Origin: Methanohalobium evestigatum Z-7303 | Lineage (GTDB): Archaea > Halobacteriota > Methanosarcinia > Methanosarcinales > Methanosarcinaceae | Length of the DNA: 24,000 nucleotides | Direction: 5' to 3' | NCBI RefSeq assembly: GCF_000196655.1 | Contig: NC_014253.1 | Coordinates: forward strand, 1,295,423 to 1,319,422 | Translations under genes and position numbers: made by a program | Shown: positions 1-6,664 of the stretch, in pieces | Layout: each line of letters starts with the position of its first letter | How positions within the stretch are numbered: the first letter of the stretch is position 1 | Notes under the pieces: generated by a model | Database searches by the model: none | What the model saw: the letters and a program-made list of their open reading frames with translations, nothing else | What the model was told of the DNA's origin: nothing

Positions 1-176
1 TTGTTTTTCACAGATTCAATTTCTCCCATATGCTCCATCATTTCAAGTCTGAATTTCAACTCATCCCTGCTCAACCCCAGTTCATCAGCTATCTCATTAA
101 GAGTCATGTTATTCTTGTCTATAAGTTGCAATATTTTCTTTATTAGAAAAGTGTCATCTGAGTTATTAGCATCCAT
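1..176 (-). CDS. FeoC-like small winged-helix protein (N-terminal part only; ORF runs off the left window edge)
   Basis: Hand translation of the minus strand from ATG (complement of 174-176) gives MDANNSDDTFLIKKILQLIDKNNMTLNEIADELGLSRDELKFRLEMMEHMGEIESVKN..., open to position 1. It is absent from the ORF track because it is truncated below 60 aa. The short wHTH pattern (..LNEIA.ELG.S...L...LE.ME.MG.I) resembles FeoC-type regulators. It is the last gene of the feoAB string and starts 14 nt after the preceding stop. Confidence 0.45.
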   Translation of the reverse strand, partial: MDANNSDDTFLIKKILQLIDKNNMTLNEIADELGLSRDELKFRLEMMEHMGEIESVKN

Positions 177-189
177 ATTTACACCTTTT

Positions 190-609
190 TTAGCGGTTAT
201 GTTTTGTCAGGGGTATTTTTTCTTTCCACAGATAATACCCATAAACAGACAATACGGACAAATAGATTGAAGGTTTCAAATCATCCAGTGGAACCCAATT
301 TTTGAAATTCTCGCTCTGGATTACATATGCTCCAAATGCATTGCCTATCATTATCAGAACATACATTCCTGCAAAAACAAGAGAAATCAAAATTCCCACA
401 TATAGGAACGATACACCTTCATCTATATCATTATACAGTTCTTTAAAACCGAAAATAAACACAGCACCGATTATCATCAACACAAAACCACCGAGTGTAT
501 CAGAAGGAATCAGTAGCGAAGCTGTAAGTTCAGAATTAAAACCAAGGCTTGCAATCACCTGAAGCACTCCAAACACCAGATAAATACAACCTGCTGCAAA
601 AGAAAACAA
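190..609 (-). CDS. small integral membrane protein (about 4 predicted TM helices), function unknown, co-oriented with feoB
   Basis: 139-aa ORF with four hydrophobic stretches (FAAGCIYLVFGVLQVIASLGF, LGGFVLMIIGAVFIFGF, VSFLYVGILISLVFAGMYVLIMIG, SIYLSVLSVYGYYLW). It lies 30 nt downstream of the feoB stop. I recognise no family. Confidence 0.6.
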   Translation of the reverse strand: MFSFAAGCIYLVFGVLQVIASLGFNSELTASLLIPSDTLGGFVLMIIGAVFIFGFKELYNDIDEGVSFLYVGILISLVFAGMYVLIMIGNAFGAYVIQSENFKNWVPLDDLKPSIYLSVLSVYGYYLWKEKIPLTKHNR

Positions 610-639
610 TGTTTCTTTGTACCTTTTTATAATATCACC

Positions 640-2628
640 TCAAAACCCAAGAACAAGACCTCCCTGGTATATAATAAATGCAAATATCCATGCTACTGCT
701 ATCCCATAAACAACTGAAAACAATGTCCATTTCCAGGAACCTGTTTCCTGCTTGACTACACCTACTGTGGCGATACATGGCATATATAACAGTATAAATA
801 CCATAAGCCCAAGTGAGTTAAGCGCAAAAAGTTCAGGGTCTGCCTGTAAACGTTCCATAAGACCACTTCCTTCGCCTGTTCCGTAAAGTGTACCAAGTGA
901 ACCTATAACGATTTCTTTAGCCACAAAACCCAGCACTAAAGATACTGCAATTTTCCAATCGAATCCAAGTGGAGCCACCAGCGGCTCGAGAAGATGACCT
1001 ATTGTGCCTACCAGACTGTTTGCACTTCCGTATTCAACACCAAAAGGCAAAGATGCAAGTAACCAGACGACAACCACACCTACAAGTATGATACTACCTG
1101 CTTTTTTGATGTATGTATAACCTTTATCCCACATATGCATCAAACTGGTGGTAAGATGAGGGATTCTATAAGGGGGAAGTTCCATTATAAATGGTGCAGG
1201 GTCACCTTTAAGGATTGTGCTTCTAAACAGTTTTGCTGTAAGCACAGCAACCAATATACCCAGTACATAGAGTCCAAATATTACTGTGCCTGCTTCTTTT
1301 CCAAAAAAAGCTCCACCCAACAACACATAAACTGGTAGCCTTGCACTGCAGGACATGAAAGGAGTAATCATAATAGTCACAAGACGGTCTTTGTGATCTT
1401 CTATAGTCCTTGTAGCCATGATAGCAGGCACGTTACAACCAAAACCCATCAACATGGGTATGAACGATTTGCCCTGCAAACCTATTGAATACATGACTTT
1501 GTCCATTATGAAAGCCGCTCTTGCAAGGTAACCACTATCTTCAAGGATGGATAACAAAAAGAACAGTATGAAAATATTTGGTACAAAAACAAGTACTGCA
1601 CCTACTCCACCTATAATTCCATCACCTATAAGTGAAGCCAGCCATGCTGTTTCGATATTATCTGCCACAAAACCTGCAAGCCATACAAACCCTTTATCTA
1701 TAAGGTCCATAAATGGAGCAGATAAAGAAAACGTAAATTCGAAAGCACCCCACATCAGAGCCAGGAAAATCGGCAGACCCAGGTATTTGTTGGTAAGTAC
1801 TCTATCAATCATGTCCGATGGAGTTACTTTGTGTATACACCCAGTGCATACCTGAGATACTACAGAACTTATAGTCCCATATCTTCTATCAGCCATTAAA
1901 GCTTCATAATAGTCAGTATCTATTTTTTTAAGATACTCATCAACTTCATCTTTTACCTGGCTATTCTGAATTTTGGCCAGTACATTATTATCACCTTCGA
2001 GTATTTTTATACTCAGCCATCTCAAAGGATAATGTTTGTACAAATTTTCATCTTTTTCAAGTAGAAACTCCAGTTCACTGATATCTTTTTCGATATCATT
2101 CCCATAACCAATCTCATGTATATGTAGAGTTTTTTTCTTGCTCTCTTCAACCACAACATCCAGTAGTTCATTAAGACCTTGTCCTTTTTTTGCAACCGTT
2201 TTAACAACTGGAATTTCTAAGAATTCTCTCATACGGTTGATATCGGTTACAATACCCTGCGACTCTGCGATATCGCTCATGTTAAGAGCTATAACAACTT
2301 TCGTCCCGAGTTCCATGAGCTGTGTAGTAAGATACAGGTTGCGTTCTATATTAGTCGCGTCAACTACCTGAACCACTACATCTGGTTTTTCATCAACAAT
2401 ATAATCTCTAGCAACAATTTCATCAATAGAATAAGCTGTTAAACTGTAAGTCCCTGGTAGATCAGTAATTTCTATTTCTTCACTGTTATAAGTTGTTTCA
2501 CCAACTTTTTTCTCTACTGTTACACCTGGCCAGTTACCTACATGTTGTCTGGTACCGGTTAAAACATTAAAAAGACTGGTCTTACCCACATTGGGATTTC
2601 CTGCAAGAGCTACCTTTGTTTTTCCCAT
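640..2628 (-). CDS. feoB: ferrous iron transporter FeoB (N-terminal G-domain plus polytopic membrane domain)
   Basis: 662 aa. G1 GNPNVGKTSLFNVLTG, G3 DLPGTYS and G4 NMSD are present, followed by a long multi-TM region with the typical FeoB gate motifs. SD-like AGAGGGT lies upstream of the ATG. Confidence 0.95.
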   Translation of the reverse strand: MGKTKVALAGNPNVGKTSLFNVLTGTRQHVGNWPGVTVEKKVGETTYNSEEIEITDLPGTYSLTAYSIDEIVARDYIVDEKPDVVVQVVDATNIERNLYLTTQLMELGTKVVIALNMSDIAESQGIVTDINRMREFLEIPVVKTVAKKGQGLNELLDVVVEESKKKTLHIHEIGYGNDIEKDISELEFLLEKDENLYKHYPLRWLSIKILEGDNNVLAKIQNSQVKDEVDEYLKKIDTDYYEALMADRRYGTISSVVSQVCTGCIHKVTPSDMIDRVLTNKYLGLPIFLALMWGAFEFTFSLSAPFMDLIDKGFVWLAGFVADNIETAWLASLIGDGIIGGVGAVLVFVPNIFILFFLLSILEDSGYLARAAFIMDKVMYSIGLQGKSFIPMLMGFGCNVPAIMATRTIEDHKDRLVTIMITPFMSCSARLPVYVLLGGAFFGKEAGTVIFGLYVLGILVAVLTAKLFRSTILKGDPAPFIMELPPYRIPHLTTSLMHMWDKGYTYIKKAGSIILVGVVVVWLLASLPFGVEYGSANSLVGTIGHLLEPLVAPLGFDWKIAVSLVLGFVAKEIVIGSLGTLYGTGEGSGLMERLQADPELFALNSLGLMVFILLYMPCIATVGVVKQETGSWKWTLFSVVYGIAVAWIFAFIIYQGGLVLGF

Positions 2629-2660
2629 CAGTACCCTCTAAAACACAAAAATTAAAGTAC

Positions 2661-2894
2661 TTAAATCGGCTCTACTAGAACATATTGAGCTTCATTTTTT
2701 CTGAAAGCTATATTATAACCTTTGATTTTAAGTTCTATCGGGTCTCCCAAAGGTGCTCTTTTTATCACTTCAACTTCAGAACCCGGGACCAGTCCCATTT
2801 CAAAAAAGCGTTTCCTGAGCTTGCCTTTTCCCTGGATTTGTTTTATTCTACCTCTACTATTTTCATCGAGTAAATTGAGGGTGATTTCAGACAT
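2661..2894 (-). CDS. feoA: FeoA (SH3-like ferrous iron transport protein A)
   Basis: 77 aa with ..IKQIQGKGKLRKRFFEMGLVPGSEVEVIKRAPLGDPIELKIKGYNIAFRKNEA.., the typical FeoA fold signature. It lies directly upstream of feoB, with a GGAG SD before the ATG. Confidence 0.9.
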   Translation of the reverse strand: MSEITLNLLDENSRGRIKQIQGKGKLRKRFFEMGLVPGSEVEVIKRAPLGDPIELKIKGYNIAFRKNEAQYVLVEPI

Positions 2895-2913
2895 TTTAAT
2901 GAATCTCCTGGAA

Positions 2914-2946
2914 TTTGGTTAACTTAATTTTTATGGGTGAACCAAA
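2914..2946. promoter_or_regulatory. candidate metalloregulator operator in the feoA promoter (inverted repeat TTTGGTTAAC-N13-GTGAACCAAA)
   Basis: The arms are 9/10 reverse complements. The repeat sits between a minus-strand TATA-like box (TTTATAATA, complement of 2966-2974) and the feoA SD/start. The half sites resemble halves of the DtxR/IdeR iron box. Confidence 0.35.
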
Positions 2947-3041
2947 TATTAATTGCTAATCCTAATATTATAAACCCAAATTATAATGATTTGTTGCTCC
3001 AAAACCAACATTAATATATCTGATGGGTTACTTAACTGTTT

Positions 3042-3536
3042 TTAGTCATGCATTTTTTTTCTACTACCGTGCACAGGGCAATTTTCTTTATCAGAAGGAG
3101 TACATTGGATTAATTCACCGGTATCATAATAATGTCTGAAATGATCAATCCATAATGGAAGTTCATCGTTTTTATGTATAAATTCCATAAATTTGGTAAG
3201 AACTTCTATGGTATCATCGGTCAGTACATGTTCAATCCTGCATGCGTCTTCATCTGCAGTTTCATCGTCTATACCAAGTACAGTAAGGAAATCACGTACA
3301 ACACCATACTTTGCTTTTGTATTCTGTGCAACGTTTTTACCCTTGTTAGTCAGTGTGACGCCACCATATTTTTCATAATTGATGTACCCGTCGTTTTTCA
3401 GTTTCTGGAACATACCGGTCACACTTGAAGGGCTGGTTCCCAATGCGGAAGAGACATCTTTTACCTGTGCATACCCCTTTTTGGAGACCACAGCTTCTAT
3501 AGTTTTTAAATAATCTTCAGTTCTTTCAGTTGTCAT
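3042..3536 (-). CDS. DtxR/IdeR/MntR-family metal-dependent transcriptional repressor
   Basis: N-terminal wHTH (TEDYLKTIEAVVSKKGYAQVKDVSSALGTSPSSVTGMFQKLKNDGYINYEKYGGVTLTNKG) is followed by a dimerisation/metal-binding domain (..ADEDACRIEHVL..) and a Cys/His-containing tail (CTPSDKENCPVHG). I prefer the ATG at 3536 (MTTERTEDYL..) to the TTG at 3563 used by the ORF track. Confidence 0.9.
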   Translation of the reverse strand: MTTERTEDYLKTIEAVVSKKGYAQVKDVSSALGTSPSSVTGMFQKLKNDGYINYEKYGGVTLTNKGKNVAQNTKAKYGVVRDFLTVLGIDDETADEDACRIEHVLTDDTIEVLTKFMEFIHKNDELPLWIDHFRHYYDTGELIQCTPSDKENCPVHGSRKKMHD

Positions 3537-3550
3537 ATTTACCAACAATT

Positions 3551-3582
3551 TTTGGATAACCAAATCATGTTTGGATTATCAA
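3551..3582. promoter_or_regulatory. candidate autoregulatory operator upstream of the DtxR-family gene (TTTGGATAACCAAA tcatg TTTGGATTATCAA)
   Basis: A TTTGG-ATAA-CCAAA palindrome is followed 5 nt later by a third TTTGG half site. The element lies between a TATA-like box (TTTATAG on the minus strand, complement of about 3588-3594) and the ATG at 3536. TTTGGATAAC matches TTTGGTTAAC of the feoA site at 9/10 positions. Confidence 0.3.
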
Positions 3583-3615
3583 TTATGCTATAAATAACTG
3601 ATCCTAAAAAATTAA

Positions 3616-3663
3616 GGTTATAACAACATTTTTATCTTTAAAAAGTTAAAAATGTATATAACC
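3616..3663. repeat. AT-rich interrupted inverted repeat (GGTTATA..ACATTTTTA / TAAAAATGT.TATAACC)
   Basis: Perfectly complementary 9-bp inner arms (3626-3634 / 3647-3655) and 7-bp outer arms (3616-3622 / 3657-3663), with a small bulge and a 12-nt centre. It lies in the intergenic region between the DUF5320 terminator and the dtxR-like promoter. Confidence 0.3.
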
Positions 3664-3680
3664 GGTTGAACTGTTTTTTT

Positions 3681-3716
3681 AACCAAAAAATAGACAAGTG
3701 CTTGAAGTAAGCACTT
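3681..3716 (-). terminator. hairpin plus oligo-T terminator after the DUF5320 gene
   Basis: An 8-bp stem (AAGTGCTT 3696-3703 / AAGCACTT 3709-3716) with a 5-nt loop begins 4 nt after the stop codon. It is followed on the minus strand by a TTTTTT run (complement of 3685-3690). Confidence 0.55.
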
Positions 3717-3719
3717 TTA

Positions 3720-4073
3720 TCACTTAGATTCCAAATTATCAAGTTTTTTATTTATGTTATCCAGTTCTTCCCTTAGAATTCGTTGTTCCTGCTCAAGAGA
3801 CCTGATACTGGTTTCAACATCCCTCTCAAAACCAGTATTTTCATTATAAGTAGTTGGAACATCCGGATAACTTCTAAAACCGAATCCTCTTCCTCTTGCT
3901 CTACCTAATCCCATACCTTTTCTATAGAATGCGAAACCACGTCCTCTAGCTAGTCCACGACCTACAGGGACATTATTTGCAAACCCCGGTAGATCAAATC
4001 CTGCACAGTATCCTGCACCTCTTCCGGTCATCGGTCCAGCACCTATCGGTCCTGTTCTATCTCCACCTGGCAT
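3720..4073 (-). CDS. DUF5320-family protein (Gly/Arg-rich N-terminal half, C-terminal coiled coil)
   Basis: 117 aa. The N-terminus MPGGDRTGPIGAGPMTGRGAGYCAG is the signature I associate with DUF5320. It is followed by RG/GRG repeats (GRGLARGRGFAF..GLGRARGRGFGF) and a heptad-like tail (SLEQEQRILREELDNINKKLDNLE). A GGAGG SD lies upstream. Confidence 0.7.
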   Translation of the reverse strand: MPGGDRTGPIGAGPMTGRGAGYCAGFDLPGFANNVPVGRGLARGRGFAFYRKGMGLGRARGRGFGFRSYPDVPTTYNENTGFERDVETSIRSLEQEQRILREELDNINKKLDNLESK

Positions 4074-4263
4074 GATTTATAACCTCCTTGTTTTTTATTA
4101 CTTTTTGTTCTCAAAGACGTATTTGTCCTTTTAAACATATTATGCATAATAATGCATAACTAAAAAAGATTGTGGTTGAAATTTATTATATAATTAGAAA
4201 ATAAATTATCAATACCACTACATACAAATACCAGCAAACAAATTTTAAATTTCAGGTGAAACA

Positions 4264-4767
4264 GTGGTGAGCATGATTGAAGGCAGAGCATGGGTTTATG
4301 GTGACAATATTGATACGGATGTAATGATACCCGGCAAATATCTAAGAACTACGGATATGCAGGTATTTGCAGACCACGCCATGGAAGGTATTGACCCGGA
4401 ATTTTCCAGCAAAGTCCAGAAAGGCGATGTTATAGTTGCGGGAAATAATTTCGGCTGCGGGTCGTCCAGAGAACAGGCACCATTAGCATTAAAACACGCA
4501 GGGGTTGCATGCGTGGTTGCTAAATCATTTGCAAGAATATTCTTCCGCAATGCTATCAATGTCGGACTTCCTGTAATGGAAGCTGATGTAGAATGCAGTG
4601 AGGGAGATATAGTAAAAATCGACCTTAAAAACGGCAGTGTTGAGGTAAATAACAAAACCTTTAAAGGCAATAAACTTCCTGATTTCCTTCTCGAAATTCT
4701 CACTGACGGAGGGCTGGTAGCCCATCGAAGGAAACTGCAGAAACAGAAAAAAGAACAGGATCAATAA
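4264..4767 (+). CDS. hacB: aconitase-family small subunit, homoaconitase type (HacB/AksE; LeuD paralogue) for coenzyme B 2-oxoacid elongation
   Basis: LeuD-type swivel domain ([19 protein letters not shown]...[19 protein letters not shown]...[18 protein letters not shown]). The flexible loop reads YLRT, the Arg-Thr pair that distinguishes the methanogen homoaconitase small subunit (MJ1271) from IPMI (Val-Tyr). The start is either GTG 4264 or ATG 4273. Confidence 0.8.
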   Translation: MVSMIEGRAWVYGDNIDTDVMIPGKYLRTTDMQVFADHAMEGIDPEFSSKVQKGDVIVAGNNFGCGSSREQAPLALKHAGVACVVAKSFARIFFRNAINVGLPVMEADVECSEGDIVKIDLKNGSVEVNNKTFKGNKLPDFLLEILTDGGLVAHRRKLQKQKKEQDQ

Positions 4768-4772
4768 TAAAC

Positions 4773-5627
4773 ATGATATTTCCTGATGAATACAAATACG
4801 TAGGGGTAACTGATATCCCGCCAGAAGAAACTAAAGACCACAGCATTTACTTCCTGACAGAATATCTGTTAGTAGAACAACAATCAGAAAATGGTAAAAT
4901 ATTCTCCCTGTATCATGTACAAAAAAGTGGAGAATGGTTGTTTCAAAAAGTTGATTCTGTTAAAAAACTGGCATCAGATAACCAGATTATAGAATATGAT
5001 AGAAAACTAAACATTAAAAACCGCACTCTTTTAATTGAAACTGCAGCAGAACTCTGCAAAGGAGAAATAAATACTGTAATTTTTACAGGGATTGACAATC
5101 ATATCACCTTTGTACACAAACCTGACCCGTCACAGATTCTGGAAATTGAAGTAGTGGATGTAGTCCCACCTGAGCCTTCATGGTTAACCTACATCATTGA
5201 CAAACTCGATGAAAGCGAACTGTTTGGTGATTTCACGGTAAAATTTAGTGAAAATCTGATTGATCTTAGACAATTCGAAGGTGAAAACACAGTATTTCCG
5301 TGTACAGTATCAGGACTGAGAGGCAAATATCTGGATTCTGATACGGTCAAACAGGATAATCCATTACTTGTAGGTTGTGAAATTTCAAAAACTATTTTTG
5401 AATTAAGGTTCCCAGAACTAACATATTCACAGATTAATATATGTCCATTTAATTCTGATGTGTTTACACCCACAAAACCTTTTATAGCAAGGTGCTGCCG
5501 GTCTGAAAAATCAGGATTGACTACAATCAACGGTGTAGATGGTGTTGTGGTGCACTGGGGTGCATCAGAATTTGATGTAGCAGAAGCGGTTAAAACATTG
5601 GTACAGCATATTAAAAACAAGGATTAA
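4773..5627 (+). CDS. conserved-looking hypothetical protein, Cys-rich C-terminal region, no family recognised
   Basis: 284-aa ORF starting 5 nt after the hacB stop and ending 11 nt before the aksF-like start, so it is probably co-transcribed. Cysteines occur at FPCTVSG, VGCEIS, NICPF and ARCCRSE. No TM segments are seen. Confidence 0.7.
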   Translation: MIFPDEYKYVGVTDIPPEETKDHSIYFLTEYLLVEQQSENGKIFSLYHVQKSGEWLFQKVDSVKKLASDNQIIEYDRKLNIKNRTLLIETAAELCKGEINTVIFTGIDNHITFVHKPDPSQILEIEVVDVVPPEPSWLTYIIDKLDESELFGDFTVKFSENLIDLRQFEGENTVFPCTVSGLRGKYLDSDTVKQDNPLLVGCEISKTIFELRFPELTYSQINICPFNSDVFTPTKPFIARCCRSEKSGLTTINGVDGVVVHWGASEFDVAEAVKTLVQHIKNKD

Positions 5628-5638
5628 GAGTCAAAAAC

Positions 5639-6649
5639 ATGAAACTCGCAGTGGTTGAAGGCGACGGAATAGGCAAAGAAGTAATACCTGAAGCTGTAAA
5701 GGTACTGGATGCGCTATCTCTACCGATAGAAAAAGTGCCTGTTGAAATCGGATATGGAAAATGGAAGAAAACTGGTTATGCGATAACAGATGAAGATATT
5801 GAAACACTCAAAAATTGTGACTGCATACTCTTTGGAGCTGTCACCACACCACCGGACCCCGAATACAAGAGTGTACTGCTAACAATCCGGAAAGAACTGG
5901 ATATGTATGCAAACATCCGTCCTGTGAAACCACTGGCAGGTATTACAGGTGTTACAGGTAAAAGCGATTTCAATTATGTTATTGTGAGAGAAAATACTGA
6001 AGGTCTGTATTCAGGAATCGAAGAAATCCATGATGACGTTGCCTACACCACCAGAGTAGTGAGCCGTAAAGGTTCAAAACGCATAGCTGAATACGCCTGT
6101 AAACTTGCAAAGATGCGTAACAACAACGTTACAATAGTCCACAAATCCAATGTAATGAAATCCGATAAACTGTTTCTGGATGTGTGCCAGCAAACGGCTG
6201 AATCTGGAGATGTTAATTATAGCGATACACTGGTCGATGCAATGGCTTATTATCTGATAACTTACCCTGAAAAATATGATGTAGTGGTAACAACCAATCT
6301 ATTTGGAGATATACTCAGCGACATGTCAGCGGCTCATATTGGGAGTATGGGGTTAATGCCAAGTGCCAACATCGGTGAAGAACACGCATTTTTTGAACCG
6401 GTTCATGGGAGTGCACCTGATATAGCAGGTGAAAAAATCGCAAACCCTGTTGCAGCTATTTTAAGTATCAAAATGCTGCTTCAATGGTATGGTTATAACA
6501 ATGAAGCTTCACTTGTAGAAAGAAGTGTTAATTACACATTAAATAAGGGTATTAAAACACCAGACCTTGGTGGAGAATACACCACAGAGGAACTGGGTCA
6601 GGCAGTAATAGATTCTATAAATAGCCAGGTTGAAACAGTACCTGAATAA
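5639..6649 (+). CDS. aksF: beta-decarboxylating (isopropylmalate/isocitrate family) dehydrogenase, probably homoisocitrate-series dehydrogenase AksF
   Basis: 336 aa with the family motifs GDGIGKEV, IVRENTEGLYSG, NLFGDILSD and FEPVHGSAPDIAG. The AksF rather than LeuB assignment rests only on linkage to the YLRT-type small subunit. The family call is about 0.9; the specific call is about 0.5. Confidence 0.75.
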   Translation: MKLAVVEGDGIGKEVIPEAVKVLDALSLPIEKVPVEIGYGKWKKTGYAITDEDIETLKNCDCILFGAVTTPPDPEYKSVLLTIRKELDMYANIRPVKPLAGITGVTGKSDFNYVIVRENTEGLYSGIEEIHDDVAYTTRVVSRKGSKRIAEYACKLAKMRNNNVTIVHKSNVMKSDKLFLDVCQQTAESGDVNYSDTLVDAMAYYLITYPEKYDVVVTTNLFGDILSDMSAAHIGSMGLMPSANIGEEHAFFEPVHGSAPDIAGEKIANPVAAILSIKMLLQWYGYNNEASLVERSVNYTLNKGIKTPDLGGEYTTEELGQAVIDSINSQVETVPE

Positions 6650-6658
6650 TCTATTCAA

Positions 6659-6664
6659 TTTTTT
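6659..6664 (+). terminator. oligo-T tract after the aksF-like gene (convergent junction with arlJ)
   Basis: A TTTTTT run begins 10 nt after the stop at 6647-6649. Only 13 bp separate the convergent stops, and the T-run overlaps the arlJ stop codon. Confidence 0.3.

Noticed and set aside
1-562. Plus-strand ORFs 1..270 (89 aa) and 302..562 (86 aa) from the ORF track
   Set aside because: They are antisense shadows of the FeoC-like ORF and the 139-aa membrane protein. Their sequences are low-complexity Ser/Ile/Pro-rich with no recognisable motif, whereas the minus-strand frames give coherent wHTH and TM proteins in operon register with feoB.
1135-2371. ORFs inside feoB on either strand (1135..1338 +, 1547..1855 +, 2138..2371 +, 2022..2207 -)
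   Set aside because: All are fully embedded in the well-supported feoB frame. They have biased, odd composition, no SD and no family resemblance.
3537-3563. TTG-initiated 9-codon N-terminal extension of the DtxR-family ORF, and similarly the GTG extension of alaS at 17228-17236
   Set aside because: In both cases a downstream ATG gives the N-terminus typical of the family (MTTERTEDYL.., MLEDEYQL..). The dtxR extension would also overlap the putative operator and TSS.
4296-5620. Antisense ORFs 4296..4703, 4525..4764 and 5189..5620 (minus strand)
   Set aside because: They overlap hacB and orf284 completely. hacB is unambiguous from its motifs, and the antisense products are Ser/Thr/Leu-rich shadows typical of AT-rich genomes.
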